A stretch of 64,000 nt of DNA from a bacterium (lineage in GTDB: Bacteria > Auribacterota > UBA3054), in the NCBI GenBank assembly GCA_017616555.1, contig JAFZXZ010000003.1, forward strand, positions 7,162 through 71,161, written 5' to 3'. How positions within the stretch are numbered: the first letter of the stretch is position 1; every line of letters starts with the position of its first letter. This document shows positions 46,509 to 52,421 of the stretch, in pieces. The position numbers and the translations under genes were made by a program. Under the pieces are notes generated by a model. That model made no database searches, was not told the origin of the DNA, and worked only from the letters and a program-made list of their open reading frames with translations.

Positions 46509-46673
46509 GGGTAAAATATGAGCCACTTTTAGGGGTTAAATGGGTAAAACATGAGCCACTTTTAGTGGTTTGATGGGTAAAACATGAGCCACTTTTGGGG
46601 GTTAAATGGGTAAAACATGAGCCACTTTTGGGGGTTTTATGGGTAAAACATGAGCCATTTTGGATTTGATATA
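46509..46673. repeat. Tandem array: 4 full and 1 degenerate copy of a 33-bp unit
   Basis: Units start at 46509, 46542, 46575, 46608 and 46641. The consensus is GGGTAAAACATGAGCCACTTTTGGGGGTTAAAT. The units are contiguous with no spacers, and the last one merges into the promoter at 46667. Confidence 0.9.
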
Positions 46674-46675
46674 AT
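46667..46675 (+). promoter_or_regulatory. Extended -10 promoter (TGaTATAAT) for the radical SAM-yhhQ pair
   Basis: TGATATAAT. The predicted transcription start, ~7 nt downstream, coincides with the first base of the hairpin at 46683. Confidence 0.45.
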
Positions 46676-46682
46676 GGAATTT

Positions 46683-46732
46683 GGCAGTTCGAAACCATCC
46701 TGCCTTGGGTAACCTAAAACAAAACTACGGAG
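46683..46732 (+). promoter_or_regulatory. Candidate preQ1-I-like riboswitch / translational leader
   Basis: P1 is GGCAG (46683-46687) with CTGCC (46700-46704). The 12-nt loop TTCGAAACCATC starts UUC and ends C. A GG-GUAA-CC mini-hairpin follows, then the A-rich tail TAAAACAAAACTA running into CGGAG (the Shine-Dalgarno). Loop UCG can pair with tail CGG. A GTG start lies at 46743, and yhhQ is downstream. Confidence 0.35.
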
Positions 46733-46742
46733 ACATAGACCT

Positions 46743-47444
46743 GTGCTTAGGTATGGGATCATTTCTGAAAAAGACCCTAGGGAGATAGTGCTCCTTAGGG
46801 GAACTGGGTGCTTTTATAAGAAGTGCGCCTTTTGCGATTATCATCTGGACGCGTGTTTGGATGATGATGAGAACGTGGCTTTGAACAAGTCGGTTTTGAA
46901 GCAGGTGACCGGAGTGTATGGGAACCTGGAAGTGATAAACAGCGGGTCTTTTCATGAATTGGGAGAAAGGACGCTTTCGCTTATTAGGGAGACCGCTAGG
47001 GAAAAAGGGATAAAGATGCTGCATTTCGAGGCGCATTATCTCGTGAGGGATAAAATTGCCGGGCTTCGTTCGTTTTTTTCGGGGATCGAAGTGAGGATGC
47101 GGGTAGGATTGGAGACTTTTGACGAAAATTTGCGGGAAGGGTATTTGAAGAAGGGAATGCCGGGCGTTACTCCGGAAGAAGTGGCGAGGTATTTTGAGGA
47201 AGCGAATTTTTTGGTGGGAGTCAAGGGGCAGACTGTTGATATGATTTTGAGGGATGTAGAATTGGGGCTCAGGTATTTCAAGCGGATAACGCTGAACGTA
47301 ATGTGCGACAATACGACTCCTGTTAAGCCTGATAAGGAAGTTATCGCTGAGTTTATGAAAGAGATCTATCCGAAGTATATTTTGGATAACAGGGTGGACA
47401 TCCTTATACACAATACTGATTTTACCGTGGGGACGCCGGAATGA
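46743..47444 (+). CDS. Radical SAM-like protein (CX4CX2C), possible queuine/7-deazapurine salvage enzyme
   Basis: LLRGTGCFYKKCAFCDYH, LEVINSGSF and VRMRVGLETFDENLREGYLKKG resemble the HemN/Elp3-type GxQS...L..gR strand motif. GTG start. The stop overlaps the yhhQ start by 4 nt. Confidence 0.55.
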   Translation: MLRYGIISEKDPREIVLLRGTGCFYKKCAFCDYHLDACLDDDENVALNKSVLKQVTGVYGNLEVINSGSFHELGERTLSLIRETAREKGIKMLHFEAHYLVRDKIAGLRSFFSGIEVRMRVGLETFDENLREGYLKKGMPGVTPEEVARYFEEANFLVGVKGQTVDMILRDVELGLRYFKRITLNVMCDNTTPVKPDKEVIAEFMKEIYPKYILDNRVDILIHNTDFTVGTPE

Positions 47445-48166
47445 ACGAATTGCTTTTGATTTTTACGCTATTGTTTATTTACGGGTCGGCGCTGCTGGCT
47501 TACAAGCTCTTCGGGAAGAGCGGGCTTTTTGCGCTGACGCCGATTGCGACGATCGTTGCGAATATCGAGGTGCTGCTGGTTATAAAGGCCTTCGGGTGGA
47601 CGCAGACATTGGGGAACATTCCTTTCGCGGTGACGTTTCTTATTACGGACATACTGTCGGAGTGCGAGGGGAAGAAGGCGGCTAACAAGGCGGTGTATAT
47701 CGGGATATTCTCGACGGTGTTCTTTTTGGTGGTGAGCCAAGTGTGGCTTTTGTTTACGCCGGATGAGACGGATCACTGCATGGCGGCCTTCCAGACGATA
47801 TTCAGAAATTCCCCCAGGGTGATCATGGCTTCCCTTACGGTCTATGCGGTGAGCCAGCTGACGGACGTTTGGCTTTATCATATGTGGTGGAATCTTACGG
47901 AAAGGCTCTGCGGGGACAAGAGGAGATTCTTATGGTTCAGGAACAACTTCTCGACTTTGATCAGCCAGTTTATAAACAACGTTTTGTTTACGCTGCTGGC
48001 TTTCTACGGAACGTTTGATCTGAAGACGGTCTGGTCGTTTATTGTTTCGAGCTATATTATCTTCATCATAACGTCGCTCTTGGACACGCCGTTTGTTTAC
48101 GCGGCAAGGTACATACACGATAGAGAGCAAGAGAAGAAGCAAAGGCAGGCGGTCGCGGCCGCTTAG
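47441..48166 (+). CDS. yhhQ: Queuosine-precursor transporter (YhhQ / DUF165 / VUT family)
   Basis: FAVTFLITDILSECEGKKAA, YAVSQLTDVWLYH and LWFRNNFSTLISQFINNVLF match the YhhQ family pattern. Confidence 0.8.
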   Translation: MNELLLIFTLLFIYGSALLAYKLFGKSGLFALTPIATIVANIEVLLVIKAFGWTQTLGNIPFAVTFLITDILSECEGKKAANKAVYIGIFSTVFFLVVSQVWLLFTPDETDHCMAAFQTIFRNSPRVIMASLTVYAVSQLTDVWLYHMWWNLTERLCGDKRRFLWFRNNFSTLISQFINNVLFTLLAFYGTFDLKTVWSFIVSSYIIFIITSLLDTPFVYAARYIHDREQEKKQRQAVAAA

Positions 48167-48270
48167 GCCTCCACCGCGGCATAAGCGGACATTTATAGTC
48201 TCATTTAATGTCTCATCCTCAGAGACAAAATTTTAGAAACAATTTATATATGCTAAGTTACAGCTATTTT

Positions 48271-48306
48271 TAATGGCTCATGGTTTTGATTTATTCCGCC
48301 ATTTAG
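48271..48306. repeat. Single inverted copy of the 33-bp-array core
   Basis: The reverse complement reads CTAAATGGCGGAATAAATCAAAACCATGAGCCATTA. Compare the left array start CAATATGGCGGGTAAAATATGAGCCAC and unit core AAAACATGAGCCA. Confidence 0.5.
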
Positions 48307-48310
48307 AAAC

Positions 48311-49229
48311 TCATTTGTTATTTGAGTCTTGTATTTCAATTGGGTAGTAGCCGCCGGTTTTCTTGCTGCCACGATAAATTATTATTCCTTCTTTTTCTAA
48401 ATCTGCTAATAATCTGGCAACAGTTGGGATAGATTTTTTAACTTCCACTGCTAATACATCACGTTTTATTCCTTCTTTTTGATTAATTATTTTGAGCAAT
48501 TGTTGTTTCAAATTATAATCTATTTGATTTATCGTATCATCGCCAGGATTTATCGTATCATCGCTCAAATTTATCGTATCATCGCTCGGATTTATCGTAT
48601 CATCGCTCGGATTTATCGTATCATCGCTCGGATTTATCGTATCATCGCTCAAATTTATCGTATCATCGCTCAAATTTATCGTATCATCGCTCGAATTTAT
48701 CGTATCATCGCTCGAATTTATCGTATCTGAGTCATCGTTTATCGTATCTGAGCCCCCTTTTATCGTATCATTGCCCGAATTTATCGTATCATCGCTCGAA
48801 TTTATCGTATCTGACCCCTCTTTTTGGCGCGAGAAGTATGTTGTTGTAAAAGATCCCGCCTCATTTGATAAAGTGGGAAAAGCATTTCCGTTTATTTCGC
48901 ATTCTTTTCTTATGCGCCTGATGCCGCTGCCGTAGAATTCTGTGAGGTGCATGTCGTAGAAGGCCTGGGCTATGATTTTGTTTCTGGGACGGGAGGGGTG
49001 AAATTTATTTAAAAGCTTGTCAATAGACATGTCAAACGGAAGCTCTCCAGGACTACATATTATAATGCGATTATCTATTATTTGAATCTGTATGGTGTGA
49101 GGGGAGCCGTAGTCTCTGTGGCAAATGGCGTTGGTTATAGTTTCTCTGAGGGCTTCCATAGGATATTCCCAATATCGGTCGTGCTCGGCCTTGCCTGTTA
49201 TGAAGATGCTCTAGTTCTTTTTCTGTCAT
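48311..49229 (-). pseudogene. Decayed AlbA_2/HATPase_c_4-type putative transcriptional regulator
   Basis: The ORF 48311-49159 begins mid-domain (YPMEALRETITNAICHRDYGSP is the HATPase_c_4 core). Its frame stays domain-like upstream (SIFITGKAEHDRYWEYP) until a TAG. The only ATG with a strong RBS (AAGGAGG, ATG at 49229-49227) is in another frame and stops after ~52 codons. The N-terminal AlbA_2 region is missing. Confidence 0.5.
48525..48818. repeat. 14 x 21-bp perfect-period tandem repeat inside the regulator gene
   Basis: ATCGTATC cores lie at 48531, 48552, 48573 and so on to 48804, always 21 nt apart. The repeat encodes (S/G)DDTIN(S/L/P) heptads between the HATPase_c_4 core and the C-terminal wHTH-like region. 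Confidence 0.9.
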
Positions 49230-49793
49230 ATTAATATCCTCCTTTATAAGTAAACGGTCGCGAAATGAGATTTATTGCGTTTGGGGAAAAATGGCGGTCG
49301 GATAACATTCAATGGGAAAGCAAGTTAAGTCGAGAAATTTGGCGAAAGAAGTTTTTGCGTTATAGAAGTTGGAGCATTTTTGTTATAGAACTTGGAGATT
49401 TTTGGGACAAGTTCGGGTGGAAAAGTGTGAGATTTGGGCAAAAGATCGGTAGGAAAAGTGTGGTGGCAAGCAAATATAATCAAAATATTGCATTGCTTTT
49501 AACGAAATCTAAATTTTTAGCATTTAATATTAACAATTGTTAATAACACAAAAAAGATATTTTGGTGTATTTACGTTTTTTCTTGGATGTTATGACACTG
49601 GAAACCCCTATTGACTTTTAAGCGAACAATGTTTACAATATTATAATTAAAAATTAACAATAAAAAGACGGTGAGCAAAAATTACTACAGCAGAAGAATT
49701 GCAAGACCTCCATGACGAGGGCTTGTTAGAATTATCCAATGGCCGTGCAAAAGCGACTTATATTTTAAAAATAATTATTAAGGAGATTTTAAA

Positions 49794-50849
49794 ATGTCAA
49801 AATCTTATTTATCAAACGATCCAAGCCAAACCAACCCGTGGCAAGAATGGATCAAGAAGAAGGGTTGGGACAAAACCGTTCATTCTAAACCGCAAGTTTG
49901 GGATTTGTTAACCCCTAAAACTGAGGCAGAAATGATTGCTCACAAACGCGCTCTAAGGCTTATCGAAGAGAGTCGAAAAGCAGAAGTGGAAAACGCCTTG
50001 GCTAAAATGTATTTCGACGCTCAAGTAAAAAAGGCGCTTCAACGCAAATCTGGAACTGGCAACAATTGCTGGTATGGCGCACAGTCAAAAACCGCGGCCG
50101 AACTCGGAAGAAAAGCCGGCGAGGCTGCGGCTCCCAGGAGAACAATGCCAACATCTTCTCCGCGGTATGGGAGTATTTACGGCAAAAACGAGACTCTGAA
50201 TCTTTCCAAAGCGCCGAGACCAAGCAATAGTTACCTAAGGGCACCACAATTAAGGCCTGCCTCTTATTATCAACCTCGTCCAACACTAACCGCCGAACCA
50301 AGATATTTGGTTATTGATGATTTCGCCAATCTTGCCAAGACTGGGTACTATACTGCACAATTTCTTGGAGACTGGACTGACGATCTTTTTCATAAGGCTC
50401 ATACCGCTGCAGGTAAAACTTTAGGTATCTTGGCGGCAGATGCATTAGGAAAGATGGCCGGTGCACAAAAGACAGATTGGTCTAAAGAAGATTATCTAGG
50501 CGGCGTCTGGTATAGAAAACCTATGGCTGGACGCGGTCTTGGTGCATACCTGGAGGCCAAAAGGAAAGGCGAAGATCCTTCCGAATGGTTTGCTCATGCG
50601 GAAGACGCAGATTTCCTTTATGATTACGAACCAGAAACTATTGCTGGTGCTATCGGTAAAGGATTAGCGGTTTCGGCCTTTAACATGACCTCACCCAGCC
50701 AGTTGGCAAAAGCAAAACTGCTTGAGGCGCTCAACCCAAAACTCGCTAAAGGGTTCAAAGACGTAGCCAGCCAAAAAACGTTTTCTGAATTCTTGGGCAC
50801 GATCGAGTCTTGGGAAGATTTCGCCAATAAGTGTTTGAAATACCGTTAA
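49794..50849 (+). CDS. Hypothetical protein (no recognisable motif)
   Basis: 351-aa ORF with an AAGGAG RBS. AT-rich, with no TM segment or signal peptide seen. Confidence 0.45.
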   Translation: MSKSYLSNDPSQTNPWQEWIKKKGWDKTVHSKPQVWDLLTPKTEAEMIAHKRALRLIEESRKAEVENALAKMYFDAQVKKALQRKSGTGNNCWYGAQSKTAAELGRKAGEAAAPRRTMPTSSPRYGSIYGKNETLNLSKAPRPSNSYLRAPQLRPASYYQPRPTLTAEPRYLVIDDFANLAKTGYYTAQFLGDWTDDLFHKAHTAAGKTLGILAADALGKMAGAQKTDWSKEDYLGGVWYRKPMAGRGLGAYLEAKRKGEDPSEWFAHAEDADFLYDYEPETIAGAIGKGLAVSAFNMTSPSQLAKAKLLEALNPKLAKGFKDVASQKTFSEFLGTIESWEDFANKCLKYR

Positions 50850-50862
50850 GCGATAAGGGAGA

Positions 50863-50895
50863 TTAGAAGTGTCGAGCAATGCCCGACACTTCTAA
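50863..50895. terminator. Bidirectional hairpin between convergent orphan genes
   Basis: A perfect 12-bp stem, TTAGAAGTGTCG (50863-50874) with CGACACTTCTAA (50884-50895), and a 9-nt loop. Confidence 0.6.
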
Positions 50896-51350
50896 TCAAG
50901 GGGAAAAAATTCTTTGAAAAGGAAGATAGAAAAAATGATTAACGCAAATAAAATTGCGATGGTTGATCCAGCAAAAACAATGAAATGCTCTCTCAATCTT
51001 TGCCTTTCTTTCACGTCAGACGGATGAGACGAGACATATTTGCGAATGTTTTTATAAATCTCAATTTCCTCCGAAATTGATACTCTAACTTTTTCTTTCC
51101 AGTAACCGTCTCTTTTATATTGTTCGCAAGCTTCCTGATAAGCTTTGAAACGCAATTTGCGTTCCTTATCTTCATTCATTCGGCCTTTCCATTTATGAGG
51201 TATTCTTTCAGGGGGAATCGTATATTTTCCATATACGTAATAAGATTCATAAGGTTCTGTAGGCTTCAACCGAGTGAACCCCCAAGCCGCCAATCTATGG
51301 CGCCAGCGGATGATTGGCTTCCAATTTTTACTGTAATCATTTTCTTTCAT
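50892..51350 (-). CDS. Hypothetical C-terminally membrane-anchored protein
   Basis: 152 aa, basic and aromatic-rich, with a single C-terminal TM segment (FIVFAGSTIAILFALIIFSIFLF). Confidence 0.45.
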   Translation of the reverse strand: MKENDYSKNWKPIIRWRHRLAAWGFTRLKPTEPYESYYVYGKYTIPPERIPHKWKGRMNEDKERKLRFKAYQEACEQYKRDGYWKEKVRVSISEEIEIYKNIRKYVSSHPSDVKERQRLREHFIVFAGSTIAILFALIIFSIFLFKEFFPLD

Positions 51351-51415
51351 GGCTATATGTTAGCAAAAACGCTTTTAAATAGGCAAAGAAAAGGAGTTGC
51401 GGAGTATTAGACAGG

Positions 51416-51444
51416 TTGATTCGGCACCAGTTTTTTGCTACAAT
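51416..51444 (+). promoter_or_regulatory. Sigma70-type promoter of the XRE-ImmA pair
   Basis: TTGATT, a 17-nt spacer, then TACAAT. GGGAG is the RBS before the ATG at 51490. Confidence 0.6.
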
Positions 51445-51489
51445 CTGATAACAAAAAATAAACATTTTTAAAACAGTAGGGAGTCAAAA

Positions 51490-51804
51490 ATGGAAAACAA
51501 AAATGAAAGCATGGGTCAAAGGATAGAGAGATTAATGCGTCAAAACAGATTAAATCAAAGGGAATTAGCTGATTATTCAGAGGTCACACCAGCTGCGCTG
51601 TGTCATTATATAAAGGATGAGCGAGTGCCGCGACCTGATATTCTTAAAAACATAGCAACAGCATTGGAAACAACGGTTGATTACTTGCTGACTGGAAAAG
51701 ATGAAGAGGTGGCATTTAATCGAGCCCGTAGTATATTGACACGCTGTAGGACGAACCTGTCTCCTGAACAAAAAATGGAGTTAATAAAAATACTTAGCAA
51801 ATAA
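51490..51804 (+). CDS. XRE-family helix-turn-helix regulator
   Basis: RIERLMRQNRLNQRELADYSEVTPAALCHYIKDERVPRPDILKNIATALETTVDYLL. Confidence 0.8.
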   Translation: MENKNESMGQRIERLMRQNRLNQRELADYSEVTPAALCHYIKDERVPRPDILKNIATALETTVDYLLTGKDEEVAFNRARSILTRCRTNLSPEQKMELIKILSK

Positions 51805-51842
51805 CTGTCGTAGCAGATGAAGGGATAGACAAAGAAAATCAC

Positions 51843-52382
51843 ATGGGAATACCGACAAGGTTTTATAAAGAAGCGGAAGAAAAAGTTGTAGATTTACTAG
51901 TAGATTGCGGGATGATGAGATTTCCGGTTGACCCTTTTTTCTTGGCACGAATGAAAGGTATTGAAGTTAGAAATTATTCTGCTTTGGATGCCGAAAAGAG
52001 ATTGGCGTGCTCGGTTTGTAAGATTGATGCGTTTAGAGATTATGATCCTATAAGCAATAAATACATGATTTATTACGACGAACATAAAAGCGAAGGAAGC
52101 ATTCGCTTTAGTTTATTGCATGAATTGGGACATATTATTCTTGGGCATAAGGAAGAAAGCACTAGAGCAGAAACATTAGCAGATTATTTTGCTGGTTATG
52201 CAATTGCTCCTCCGGTAATCATTGACAGAATGGAGCGGAAGACTATTTCTGATATAGTTGACTACTTTGGTGTAACTGAGCTTTGCGCTGAAGTTAGACT
52301 GAAGAAATATAGAGGCTGGAAACAGTTTTCAATTAGGGCACACGAAAAAAGGTTATTGAAACATTTGGGATATAACGCGTAA
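51843..52382 (+). CDS. ImmA/IrrE-family metallopeptidase (DUF955)
   Basis: FSLLHELGHIILGH contains HExxH. It sits downstream of the XRE gene, as in prophage/ICE immunity modules. Confidence 0.8.
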   Translation: MGIPTRFYKEAEEKVVDLLVDCGMMRFPVDPFFLARMKGIEVRNYSALDAEKRLACSVCKIDAFRDYDPISNKYMIYYDEHKSEGSIRFSLLHELGHIILGHKEESTRAETLADYFAGYAIAPPVIIDRMERKTISDIVDYFGVTELCAEVRLKKYRGWKQFSIRAHEKRLLKHLGYNA

Positions 52383-52421
52383 ATAAAATTGACTGATAAT
52401 CAATTATGCTGGGAGGCACGC

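Noticed and set aside
46489-46698. 69-aa minus-strand ORF (…SGSCFTHLTPKSGSCFTH…) and the possibility of a CRISPR array
   Set aside because: The periodic peptide is just the translation of the 33-bp tandem array. The units are contiguous with no unique spacers, and no cas genes are nearby, so this is neither a gene nor a CRISPR array.
46683-46704. tRNA-like T-arm fragment (GGCAGTTCGAAACC…) as a tRNA remnant or att site
   Set aside because: GGCAG pairs with CTGCC across a 12-nt loop, not a 7-nt T-loop. No acceptor or anticodon arm can be built. It is better explained as P1 of the leader hairpin.
48479-48730. 83-aa plus-strand ORF (IIARIYRIIAQIYR…)
   Set aside because: It is the antisense reading of the 21-bp coding repeat in the minus-strand regulator gene. 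It has no RBS and no independent signal.
49265-49543. 92-aa plus-strand ORF in the AT-rich spacer
   Set aside because: It has no RBS and a low-complexity Lys/Phe/Trp-rich translation. It sits in a repeat-bearing non-coding stretch and nothing supports it.
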